DNA of 44,503 bases, from assembly GCA_038841535.1 (NCBI GenBank), contig JAWBTQ010000009.1:1-44503 (forward strand). The letters are read 5' to 3'. This document shows, piece after piece, positions 18,314-27,121 of this stretch; within the stretch, counting starts at the first letter, position 1, and every line of letters begins with the position of its first letter. The position numbers and the translations under genes are program-made. This stretch comes from Sulfolobales archaeon (GTDB taxonomy: Archaea; Thermoproteota; Thermoprotei_A; Sulfolobales; NBVN01). Below the pieces are notes generated by a model, which saw only the letters and a list, made by a program, of their open reading frames with translations, was not told where the DNA came from and did not search any database.

Positions 18314-19465
18314 TCACCTAGCAAAAATCGCTACCGCCACGGTTCCCCCGGTACCTCCATGGTTTTCCATCAAGCCCTTCTCAGCGTCTTTAATCTGCCT
18401 ATCACCAGCTTCACCTCGCAGTTGCCAGAAGAGCTCTGTTACCATCCCGACCCCCGTAGCACCAATTGGATGTCCCTTCGACTTTAACCCACCGCTAGGA
18501 TTGACGGGCTTCTCTCCATCAAACATGGTGACTCCATCTCTCAAGATCTTAGCTCCCTCCCCCCTCCTTGCTAGCCCAAGCATTTCGTATGCTATCAACT
18601 CAGATATAGTGAATGCATCGTGAACTTCGAGGACATCCACATCTTTAATACCTAGGTTCGAGATCTTGAAAGCTTCTTCAGAGGCGAGCCGAATAGCCCT
18701 TAACTCCGTCATGTCTAGACGCTCGAATATCCCCGGGGTATCGTGGGCTAGTCCAACGCCTTCGATGTAAACCGGTGTATCTGTGTACTTCCTTGGTTCA
18801 CTACTGATTATGAAACCGGCTGCTCCATCAGTTATGAGAGAAGAATCATATAGCTTTAGTGGCCACGAAACGTACGGAGACCTCATTACATCCTCAATAG
18901 TTATCTTTCTACGCATAGCAGCTAGCGGATTTCTCAAACCGTTTTCATGGTTTTTAACTGCAACTAGAGCGAGATCCTCCTCGGTAGCACCGTATTTGTC
19001 CATGTAAGCCTTCGCTATGAGAGCATAGAGAGATATAAAAGGAGCCCCCGCAACTATTTCATCCGGGTGTCCAGCTGCCATTAGAACCTCATTAACTTCT
19101 GCGCTAGTGGGCTGATAGCTCATCTTTTCGTAACCAACTACTAAAACGTTCTTAGCTAAACCACTCCTCACTAGATTCCATGCTATATATAGAGCCGTCC
19201 CACCTGAAGCGCAAGCATTTTCCACTCTCAATCCCTTAGCATTCGACCGTCCCACTAGAGATATAGCGTATGGTGCCGTATGAAGAATCCCACCAAACCT
19301 ATCTGAAAAATTCGAAACAATTACAAAATCTATATCTTCACCACCGATCCCTCTATCAACGGAACTCAAAGTTCCTTGAACAGCTTCCTTTAAGAGATCC
19401 CATGCCTCCTTTTCAGACCTAAGTTCGTACTTGGTGCTATAAGCACCTACTACACCTACCCGCAA
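18314..19465 (-). CDS. Thiolase (SCP2-type/archaeal DUF35-partner acetyl-CoA acyltransferase)
   Basis: Catalytic Cys in ENACASG; EVHDAF, GHPIGATG and a C-terminal NHGG in place of CxGGG. Confidence 0.93.
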   Translation of the reverse strand: MRVGVVGAYSTKYELRSEKEAWDLLKEAVQGTLSSVDRGIGGEDIDFVIVSNFSDRFGGILHTAPYAISLVGRSNAKGLRVENACASGGTALYIAWNLVRSGLAKNVLVVGYEKMSYQPTSAEVNEVLMAAGHPDEIVAGAPFISLYALIAKAYMDKYGATEEDLALVAVKNHENGLRNPLAAMRRKITIEDVMRSPYVSWPLKLYDSSLITDGAAGFIISSEPRKYTDTPVYIEGVGLAHDTPGIFERLDMTELRAIRLASEEAFKISNLGIKDVDVLEVHDAFTISELIAYEMLGLARRGEGAKILRDGVTMFDGEKPVNPSGGLKSKGHPIGATGVGMVTELFWQLRGEAGDRQIKDAEKGLMENHGGTGGTVAVAIFAR

Positions 19466-19509
19466 GTTTCTCCCCTACTGTCTATTCATCCTAATTAAAC
19501 ATTCTTTGG

Positions 19510-19525
19510 GTTACCTGTGATTACC
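19510..19525. promoter_or_regulatory. Candidate operator/activator box upstream of the thiolase promoter
   Basis: GTTACC-TGTG-ATTACC, a degenerate match to GTWARC-N4-GYTWAC. A TATA-like TTTAAT lies on the minus strand at 19494-19499. Confidence 0.5.
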
Positions 19526-19542
19526 TCCACGCCAGAAAATTC

Positions 19543-20304
19543 TTACTGGTTCACTTGCTTAAGCTTAAACCTACCTCTTGTAGCGGAAGTACTTTCGAGA
19601 ACTCTCAAAACTAGGTTTATGGCGTTTTTCTCAGCTCTTCTGAGTGTTTTAGCTACGGCCACTCTTGAAATTCCGAAGTCTCTAGCTAGCGAGCTGATGT
19701 CTGTTCTTCTAGGCCACTCATAGTATCCTAGTGCTACGGCTGTAGTAAGTAGCTCTAGCTGTTTCTCAGTTAACCTACCCAAGCTTTCCTCAAGTAATGA
19801 GAGTAATCTGAAGTAGTCTAGCGTGAGCAAGTGTTCAGGTAGCTCCACAAGTTTATACTTCTCGATGTAATCGTATTCAGAAACTTTTCTCATGAATTCC
19901 CTTAAGTGCTTAGCTGTGTGAAATCCCAAAGTCCAGCGCTCGAATCCATTGAAGGCTACCCATGCCGCCAGAGGTGTAGCATCGTGATTGACTACAGCCT
20001 CCATAGTGTTGGTCTTGCTTATCAACATACCTGCCTTTATGTATTTCCTCTTTTTCTGTAAAACTTCATAGCTCTTAACGCTCCCTATAGAACTCACTTT
20101 CTTTAATACTTCATTAATAGTGCCATCATCTCCGAGGACAACAATGTAAATCTTTTCGTAACCTCTTCTAATCTCGGCTACGTTAGCACCTACAACCAGT
20201 ATACTGGAATCCTTAACGTGCTCGGTAAGCCAAACGACTGGACAATCATATTGAACTATATCAAATATTCCAACATACACTACTCCTAGCCCATATACAG
20301 TCAT
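19543..20304 (-). CDS. HTH-10 (bacterio-opsin activator-type) transcriptional regulator
   Basis: C-terminal LTEKQLELL..AVALGYYEWPRRTDISSLARDFGISRVAVAKTLRRAE; N-terminal DCP motif. Confidence 0.92.
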   Translation of the reverse strand: MTVYGLGVVYVGIFDIVQYDCPVVWLTEHVKDSSILVVGANVAEIRRGYEKIYIVVLGDDGTINEVLKKVSSIGSVKSYEVLQKKRKYIKAGMLISKTNTMEAVVNHDATPLAAWVAFNGFERWTLGFHTAKHLREFMRKVSEYDYIEKYKLVELPEHLLTLDYFRLLSLLEESLGRLTEKQLELLTTAVALGYYEWPRRTDISSLARDFGISRVAVAKTLRRAEKNAINLVLRVLESTSATRGRFKLKQVNQ

Positions 20305-20505
20305 TTAAAACGTAAATTAAGCTTTTAACTATACCTGCGCAGAAATTAAATAAATATCGTTGATAGGTAAAAACCGTTTAAAATATCGAATAAACACCGC
20401 ATTAACTTGGTGATAATATGAAGAATCTTCTATTCAAATATTAGCGTATGATGTTTGGATGCTTCTTCTAACACACGGTGCTTGCATCCACCTCTTCTAC
20501 TAGCT

Positions 20506-21333
20506 TTAAGCTGTTTTACCTATGGGATTACTGTATATGAAGCCGGCGAGTAAGTAATTAATAACGCTAGGTTTCTCCAGGATGACGGCGTGTCCTGACT
20601 CTCTAACTTCTACATATGTTGAGTTGGGGATTTCACTAGCTATTATCCTGGAGTATTTAGGTGGTTTTACCCGGTCTTCCTCCGCAGAAACCACTAGTGT
20701 TGGTGCTTGAATATTTCTTAGTAGTGCTGTTAAAGGTGAATCCACAAGCTTCAGGAATGACCTGATAAGATGAGCTGCTGAAGTTAAGCTAAAGCCTCTC
20801 GAGAATGCGTCAACTAGTCTATCAAATAATCCTCTTCCTTGTTGAGCTATAAACCTCTCTGAGTATACGTCGCTAATCCAAGACAATACGAATTTTCTTA
20901 CATCTAGGGAAAGAGCTCCCTCAAGCCATCGCATTGCCGTAATCCTAAGATCCTCTCGAATCTCACTCACTGAAGCTATCACGGTTAAATCGTTGACATA
21001 CTCTGGGTACCTAATCGTGAAAAGCATGGCTACTTCACCTCCGTACGAGGTTCCAACGATATGCACTTTCTTTAAACCAAGGTGGTCCAGTAGGTTTCTC
21101 AGGTCCTCTGCGTGAATTTCTAGACTGTACTGGCTTCCATCATCTGGCTTATCGGAGTTCCACTGTCCTCTCATGTCGTGCAACACTACTTTATAGTTTA
21201 ACCTAACTAAATGGCTTCTCTGAAATATCCAGCTAGCCGTACTCATGAATATTCCATTTAAGAATACCACTGGCTCCCCATCTCCATATACTTCGTAGTA
21301 TAACTTAATACCTCCTACGTTTACTGTAGGCAT
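20506..21333 (-). CDS. Alpha/beta hydrolase (esterase/lactonase, PcaD-like)
   Basis: DMRGQWNS, nucleophile elbow GTSYGG, EED acid and SGHA His. Confidence 0.9.
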   Translation of the reverse strand: MPTVNVGGIKLYYEVYGDGEPVVFLNGIFMSTASWIFQRSHLVRLNYKVVLHDMRGQWNSDKPDDGSQYSLEIHAEDLRNLLDHLGLKKVHIVGTSYGGEVAMLFTIRYPEYVNDLTVIASVSEIREDLRITAMRWLEGALSLDVRKFVLSWISDVYSERFIAQQGRGLFDRLVDAFSRGFSLTSAAHLIRSFLKLVDSPLTALLRNIQAPTLVVSAEEDRVKPPKYSRIIASEIPNSTYVEVRESGHAVILEKPSVINYLLAGFIYSNPIGKTA

Positions 21334-21338
21334 ACTCT

Positions 21339-22628
21339 CTACCTACAGCAAACTACATTATCTAGCAACAGTTTTTCTATATCGCTTTCCGAATAGTCAA
21401 GAAGCTTTGACAAAACGACCGTAGCATCCTGACCGAGTACAGGAGAGCCTCTCCATATCTTCGGCTCATCCCTCATTAAGAACTTAGGAACGATCCCCCA
21501 TCCATTTATTCTATCTCCTAAAGTTTCATCTACCCACTCAATAAAGTCTCCTCTAGCCCTGTAGTGAGGGTCTTCGAGAGCGTCCTTAAGGCTGTATACC
21601 TTAAAGCAGGGAACATTATAGCTCCTCAGTATTCTCAGAACTTCTTCGGCCGTCCTCTGCTTTACCCACGACCTCAAGATGTCGTCGAATCGTTTTCCCT
21701 TATCTGTATGCATGCCTGGAGCGTAGTGAACATCCTTCCATTCTTCAAAGTCTGCTTGTATAGCATCACATAACCTCCTAAAGACGTCGTAGCCTAATGC
21801 TCCAACAAACACGTACTGTCCGTCCTTAGTCTCGAAGATGTCGTAGGGCTGGAAGTATATGTCTTTATTTCCTCGCCTAACTGGAACATCCTTGAGCTCG
21901 GCCGTCTGGATCCACAAGCCTCCGAAGACGTTCGCTATACATTCGAATTGGGCTACATCTATTGTGACCCCTACCCCAGTTTTTTTAGAGTGTATATAGC
22001 CCGCAAGAGCAGCAGATAGAGCGTGTAGAGCTGTTAGATAGTCTCCAGTGTACGGATAGGGCTTATACGGAGGTGACTCAGGAAAGCCGTTTATACTCAT
22101 CCACCCACTATAAGCAGCAGCTATAGCATCGTACGCTGGTAGCCCGAGGTAGTTGGGGTCTCCGAAGTGCCCAAAACCGGATATGTGGACTATAACTATC
22201 TCAGGGTTTACTCTCCGGATGACTTCATCCGTTATACCGAGCTTTTGGTAAGTTCCTGGCATTGAGCTCTCCATCCATATATCGGCATGCCTGAGCAACC
22301 CCAAGAACACTTCCTTACCTTTATCTTTCTTAAGGTCGACAACAATTGACAACATGTTTCTCCTCTCTTGAGCCCACCAAGTGTTAACTCTGCCTTTACC
22401 TTTCTCGATGAACGGTGGAGAGTACCTGTACGTATCACCCCCAGGTCTCTCCACGTGAATGACTTCAGCTCCCCATAGAGCTGCCAAATAAGCAGCGAAA
22501 GGCTGAGCTATGAGAATTCCCGAAGATACTATTCTTAACCCAGATAATGGCCCGGATGCCTCAGTAGCTAAAAGAGGGGCTCTTTTCTTGGGTCCGCTGG
22601 AGATCTTAGATACTAAGTCCTCGAACAT
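21339..22628 (-). CDS. Family III CoA-transferase (CaiB/BaiF type)
   Basis: Motifs GPLSGLRIV, IAQPFAA..WGAEVIHVE, PAYDAIA and PYTGDY (catalytic Asp). ATG 22628 is preferred because a TATA box and operator fall within the ORF-track 5' extension. Confidence 0.92.
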   Translation of the reverse strand: MFEDLVSKISSGPKKRAPLLATEASGPLSGLRIVSSGILIAQPFAAYLAALWGAEVIHVERPGGDTYRYSPPFIEKGKGRVNTWWAQERRNMLSIVVDLKKDKGKEVFLGLLRHADIWMESSMPGTYQKLGITDEVIRRVNPEIVIVHISGFGHFGDPNYLGLPAYDAIAAAYSGWMSINGFPESPPYKPYPYTGDYLTALHALSAALAGYIHSKKTGVGVTIDVAQFECIANVFGGLWIQTAELKDVPVRRGNKDIYFQPYDIFETKDGQYVFVGALGYDVFRRLCDAIQADFEEWKDVHYAPGMHTDKGKRFDDILRSWVKQRTAEEVLRILRSYNVPCFKVYSLKDALEDPHYRARGDFIEWVDETLGDRINGWGIVPKFLMRDEPKIWRGSPVLGQDATVVLSKLLDYSESDIEKLLLDNVVCCR

Positions 22629-22677
22629 ATTGGATTTCCAAAGGTCGTATGTACTGTAGTGCCTTATAGATACCAAA

Positions 22678-22693
22678 TTTAGCTTTTGTTAAC
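22678..22693. promoter_or_regulatory. Candidate operator/activator box upstream of the CoA-transferase promoter
   Basis: TTTAGC-TTTT-GTTAAC. A TATA-like CTATAA lies on the minus strand at 22664-22669. Confidence 0.6.
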
Positions 22694-22714
22694 AACTAAG
22701 CACTCGCTGTTCTG

Positions 22715-23707
22715 CTAACTTATCCACTTAAAAGCTATCGCACCCTGCTGGTACCCAACTCCTGAAGCCACTAGTATGACGACCTTATCTTTTTCAACTT
22801 TACCTTGTTCTATAGCGTCGTGGAGCGCCATGTAGATGCAGGCTGAACCAGTGTACCCATACTTATCCATAACCCAATGGGTTTTTGTCTCAGGTAGGCC
22901 AAGGTTTTTCATGACATCGAGTATCGTTTTCAGGCGTACCTGAGTAAATATTACCTGGGCTATCTCGTCCAAGCTTATGTTGGCCTGACTGATCACGTCC
23001 TTTATGAGAACTGGCCAGTACTGGTCGTTGACCGGTGGGTACGCCTTTCTTAGGTCGAGGAAAGGCAGATTCTCGTCTGTTACCTGCTCAGCAACCGGCT
23101 TCCAAGCACCCAAGAATATTCCCCAGTAGTCCCAGAACGAACCATCAGCACGCAGTTTTCCTGCTAAATAGCCAGGTGCGTCTGAAGCAGATAACACTAC
23201 AGCTCCAGCACCATCAGAGAATATCCACTCCCACATGAACTTCCATCTAAGGAACCTAGTCATAGCGTAGACTCCTATTACTAAGATATTTCGATACTTC
23301 GGTTTTCCAGCTATTATGGATGATGCTACCTCAAGCATATATACTGGGTTAGCGCAGGAAGCGTTTATGTCAAAAGCGGGAATCTCATAAGGGCCTCCCC
23401 CTAGAAGACTTTGGACTTTAGGTGCCGTCGGTGGAGATATAGCCTCGGGAGTATCTGTACCTACTATTATCATGTCTACATCCTTTATTGTCAACCCAGC
23501 CCTATCGAGAGCCATTTTAGCAGCTTTAGCAGCCATAGTCGCCGGAGTCTCCTCTGGAGGAGCTATCCTCTTTATTTTCAACCCGGTTCGCTCTATAAAC
23601 AGCGGATCTACTTTAATTCCGGTTTTCCCCTCAAAATCCTCTGGAGTCATTATAATCTGGGGTATGTATACCCCAGTAGATGCTATATATGCAAATCGTC
23701 TGGACAT
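22715..23707 (-). CDS. KAS III (FabH)-like enzyme with a non-canonical active site
   Basis: AFDINASC (Cys retained) and FSDGAGA, but IFTQVR replaces PHQAN and YGYTGSAC replaces GNTSAAS. Confidence 0.9.
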   Translation of the reverse strand: MSRRFAYIASTGVYIPQIIMTPEDFEGKTGIKVDPLFIERTGLKIKRIAPPEETPATMAAKAAKMALDRAGLTIKDVDMIIVGTDTPEAISPPTAPKVQSLLGGGPYEIPAFDINASCANPVYMLEVASSIIAGKPKYRNILVIGVYAMTRFLRWKFMWEWIFSDGAGAVVLSASDAPGYLAGKLRADGSFWDYWGIFLGAWKPVAEQVTDENLPFLDLRKAYPPVNDQYWPVLIKDVISQANISLDEIAQVIFTQVRLKTILDVMKNLGLPETKTHWVMDKYGYTGSACIYMALHDAIEQGKVEKDKVVILVASGVGYQQGAIAFKWIS

Positions 23708-23741
23708 TTCAGCCCTAGATATAGCTCGGTATAAACCTTAA

Positions 23742-23757
23742 GTAAGCTGATGTTTAC
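23742..23757. promoter_or_regulatory. Candidate operator/activator box upstream of the KAS III-like gene
   Basis: GTAAGC-TGAT-GTTTAC palindrome, 6 bp from TTTATA (23730-23735, minus strand), which is about 23 nt before the ATG. Confidence 0.68.
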
Positions 23758-23800
23758 ATATGATGCTATGACTTCTTTACACCTCACTGTCGCGTATGGT

Positions 23801-24508
23801 CTACAACGCTCCCAAGTAGTATTCTTTAAGTATCTCGGGCTTGATTATCTCATGAGTTTTACCGCTTCTGACTATAGTTCCCATTTCAATAACGTGAACC
23901 GTTTCTGCCGTCTCTAGTACTATAGTCGGGTCTTGTTCGGCCACGATCAATGATATCCCAAACTCGTCTTTGATTCGTTTCAGAATTTCAACAACTCTTT
24001 TTCTCATAATGGGTGCTAGTCCAGCCGAAGGTTCGTCTAGTATCATAAGCTTACCCGCCATCAGTAAGGCTATAGCTATAGATAGCATTTTTTGCTCACC
24101 ACCACTCAAAGTACCAGCTATCTGAGTTTTCCTTTCTTCAATGATCTTGAACAGCCTGGTCACTTCTCTGAATCTGTCTCCACAGTACTTAGACATACTC
24201 GCAGCCAGCTCTATGTTTTCACGTACTGTCAGGGTCCTCAGGACACCCCCTCTTTCTGGCACGTAACCTATACCGAGTCTGACCATTTTATGAGTTGGAA
24301 GCCCAGTGATGTCGTTTCCCTCATACAAAATCCTACCTCTCCAAGGCTTTAGGTATCCCAGTATCGTTTTAATCAGTGTAGTTTTTCCGGCACCGTTAGG
24401 CCCTATTAAGCCAACAACTTCCCCTAAGTTTACGGTAAAACTAACTCCGTTTATCACCACGGTCTTCCCGTATCCGACTACGAGGTCTGCTACTTCAAGT
24501 ATCCTCAC
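23801..24508 (-). CDS. livF: Liv-type (HAAT) ABC transporter ATP-binding protein
   Basis: Motifs GPNGAGKT, YVPE, AGTLSGGEQKM, LDEPSAGLAP and AEQ. Confidence 0.92.
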   Translation of the reverse strand: MRILEVADLVVGYGKTVVINGVSFTVNLGEVVGLIGPNGAGKTTLIKTILGYLKPWRGRILYEGNDITGLPTHKMVRLGIGYVPERGGVLRTLTVRENIELAASMSKYCGDRFREVTRLFKIIEERKTQIAGTLSGGEQKMLSIAIALLMAGKLMILDEPSAGLAPIMRKRVVEILKRIKDEFGISLIVAEQDPTIVLETAETVHVIEMGTIVRSGKTHEIIKPEILKEYYLGAL

Positions 24509-25224
24509 TATATCACCCCAAGGTAAACCTTAGCAACCTCCTCGTTGCTCACTGCCTCACCAGGCTTTCCTTCAAAAATCTTTTTGCCCTCGTTTAGTAC
24601 GACTACTCTTTTAATTAACTTCATTAGGTACCTTAGTTTATGCTCTACTATAACAAACGTCAACTCTTTTTCATTAAGCTTCTTTATTATCTCAATAGTC
24701 TCATCGATCTCACCTGGAGAAAGCCCTGCGAATGGTTCATCTAGGAGTACCAGCTTCGGACTAGTGACTAAAGCTCTCGCTAGTTCAACCATTCTTAGCT
24801 TGTATGGAGTTAAGTTGACGGGGAGTTCTCCGGCTTCAGCCAAGAGTTTTGTGATAGTTAATGCCCAAGTAGTTTTAGCTCTAGCAAGTCTCGTGTCTTT
24901 ATACACGGATCGAGCAGATAGGCTCACGTTATAGTAAACCGGGAGGTAAGGGTATACTCTCATACCCTGAAATATGCGTGAGATCCCCAACACTACTCTC
25001 TTATGGGGCTTAAGTCTTGTAATATCCTTACCTTCAAATACCACTCTACCCTCATCAGGTGTGAGTACCCCCGTGATTACGTTTACGAGGGTAGTTTTTC
25101 CAGAACCATTGGGACCTATTAAACCTAAGAGCTCGCCCCTATAGACTTCCACTGAGACCTTATCGAGAGCTACAATACCTCCAAACTTTTTAGTTACGTT
25201 ATCACAAACTAACAATTTCTCCAC
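24508..25224 (-). CDS. livG: Liv-type ABC transporter ATP-binding protein
   Basis: Motifs KKFGG..AL, GPNGSGKT, LLDEPFAGL, VEH and VYLG. Confidence 0.92.
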   Translation of the reverse strand: MEKLLVCDNVTKKFGGIVALDKVSVEVYRGELLGLIGPNGSGKTTLVNVITGVLTPDEGRVVFEGKDITRLKPHKRVVLGISRIFQGMRVYPYLPVYYNVSLSARSVYKDTRLARAKTTWALTITKLLAEAGELPVNLTPYKLRMVELARALVTSPKLVLLDEPFAGLSPGEIDETIEIIKKLNEKELTFVIVEHKLRYLMKLIKRVVVLNEGKKIFEGKPGEAVSNEEVAKVYLGVI

Positions 25225-25226
25225 TG

Positions 25227-26264
25227 TTACTCACCCGCTACTAGCTCAGCCAGCTTCGACGAAATTATGTGCTTTAGTCTCATGTATAGGTAGTAGACTA
25301 TCCCCTGTGGTCTAAGTAGGACTAATACGATAAGAAGACACATATAAAGTATCACTCTCCATCTTCCTAGGACGTCCCAAAGAACTTCATAAACTAAGAG
25401 TATGAAATAGTTGGCTAAAGCAGGACCCACAATCGTTCCCATACCACCCAGAATAACCGCAGTCAACGGTGGGACTAGAGTGTTCGCTGGGATAAACACA
25501 TCCACAGTCATCGGAGGCCTCATTGCAGCATATATAGCACCGGCAAACGACGCTAGAGATGATGATATGAGGAACCCAACTAGTTTAACTCTGAGGGTAT
25601 TTATTCCAGAAGCTTCCGCTAGAAGCTCGTCTTGACCTACGGATCTCATCATAAAGCCGAAGTCCGAGTAAGCCACTTTGTAGCTAACTATAAAGGCGAT
25701 TATAGCAGCAATAGATGATATGTAGAAGTAAGTTGACTGCAAGAAGAAGGCTCTCTCTCTAACTGGAAGACCTCTAGCATACGAGAAAAGTAGGGGGGAG
25801 TAAGTAATACCGCCCTCGCCCCCTAAGTATAATGAGAAAGGCTGTGACGTTACTATTCCGGCCATAACAATGGGCAGTAGCAGCGACATTATAGAGAAGT
25901 AGGCTCCTCTCACTCTTAAACTAGGAAGAAATATTACTAGACTGAGGACTAAAGATATAGCAGCTGATGGTAAAATGGCGTACTCAACCGACACCCCCAG
26001 ATATCTATTTAAGAGAGCTACTGAGTAAGCAGCACATCCTACAGTGAACGGTACTCCAAGGTTGAGGTAAAACGTTGTTCCTGAGTATAGGTCTAGCGAG
26101 AGAGTTATTAAAAGAAAAATGTTTACTCTAGTTAGAACATCGAGCCAGAAGCCCCTTAACCCAATTACAGGTAACAGCATGTAAATAGTAGCACTCGCGA
26201 GGATAGGTAGGGTTCTCTTCACCCTCTTTAACCTAGAGGGTCTAGCGAATGCCAGTCTACTCAC
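25227..26264 (-). CDS. livM: Liv-type ABC transporter permease
   Basis: Motifs LRVRGAYFSI, DELLAEASGIN, ILGGMGTIVGP and RPQGI. Confidence 0.9.
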   Translation of the reverse strand: MSRLAFARPSRLKRVKRTLPILASATIYMLLPVIGLRGFWLDVLTRVNIFLLITLSLDLYSGTTFYLNLGVPFTVGCAAYSVALLNRYLGVSVEYAILPSAAISLVLSLVIFLPSLRVRGAYFSIMSLLLPIVMAGIVTSQPFSLYLGGEGGITYSPLLFSYARGLPVRERAFFLQSTYFYISSIAAIIAFIVSYKVAYSDFGFMMRSVGQDELLAEASGINTLRVKLVGFLISSSLASFAGAIYAAMRPPMTVDVFIPANTLVPPLTAVILGGMGTIVGPALANYFILLVYEVLWDVLGRWRVILYMCLLIVLVLLRPQGIVYYLYMRLKHIISSKLAELVAGE

Positions 26265-27111
26265 CCCTACCGAAGAGTCCGTGGGGTCTAAAGATTAGCA
26301 CTAAGAGTATTAAAACTAGGGGGGCTACACGTGCTATACCTCCTCCTAGAGCGTATACCATGAATTGTTCAATAAAGCCGTAAATTAGTGATGCGACAAC
26401 AGTTCCTAGAATATTACCGATGCCTCCCATGACTACTATCGCAAAAGCGGCAAATAGAGGTGACCACCCGGCAGTCGGTGTTAAAGCCTTTAATGGAGCT
26501 AGCAGAATACCTGTGAAGGCAGCATAAACTCCAGATACCAGGAAGGTAGTCCTTAAAACCTTTAAGGGGTTTACACCTAACCTCATCGATTCCTCCCAGC
26601 TCTCTGCAACTGCTCTAATCGCTTTTCCAACACTAGTTCTGTAGAGAAAAACGAGAAGCGCTAAGACCATAACTAAACAGGCGGCTGTAACAAGCAGCCA
26701 GTGATTGCTTACTGGAACACCTAATACCGTGGTTGTCCCAGGGTATAGGGGGAGGGTTGCTGGCCTGAGTCCCATTTGAATCCTAAATAGCTCCTCAAAT
26801 ATGTAGGCTACCGCCATCGTGGTTATAAAGACGCTGACTGGGAACTTAATAGCTGGCTTAATAATTGACTCACCTATAGCAAGGCTGACAGCAGCGGTTA
26901 ACAGAATCGAGGCAGGTACTGCTAAGTATAGAGGGGCGTTCAAGTAGTTTAGAAAAACGTACGTAGAGTAACCCGTGAGTACATATAGAGCTCCATAAGA
27001 GAGATTAGGTAACCGAGCAACACCAAAAACTAAAGAAAAACCCAGTGAGAAAACAAGGTACGTCAATGAGTGAAATAACCCAAAAATGAGTATGTACCTT
27101 AGTTCTTCCAA
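26257..27111 (-). CDS. livH: Liv-type ABC transporter permease
   Basis: Motifs LGFSLVFGV..NLSYG, GKAIRAVAE, VVMGGIGNILG and RPHGLFG. Confidence 0.9.
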   Translation of the reverse strand: MEELRYILIFGLFHSLTYLVFSLGFSLVFGVARLPNLSYGALYVLTGYSTYVFLNYLNAPLYLAVPASILLTAAVSLAIGESIIKPAIKFPVSVFITTMAVAYIFEELFRIQMGLRPATLPLYPGTTTVLGVPVSNHWLLVTAACLVMVLALLVFLYRTSVGKAIRAVAESWEESMRLGVNPLKVLRTTFLVSGVYAAFTGILLAPLKALTPTAGWSPLFAAFAIVVMGGIGNILGTVVASLIYGFIEQFMVYALGGGIARVAPLVLILLVLIFRPHGLFGRGE

Positions 27112-27121
27112 CCTTAGTTCC

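Noticed and set aside
22715-23707. Calling this gene HMG-CoA synthase of the thiolase/DUF35 mevalonate operon, or true fabH
   Set aside because: It lacks the His/Asn residues shared by both enzymes and has no HMGS-type GSES motif.
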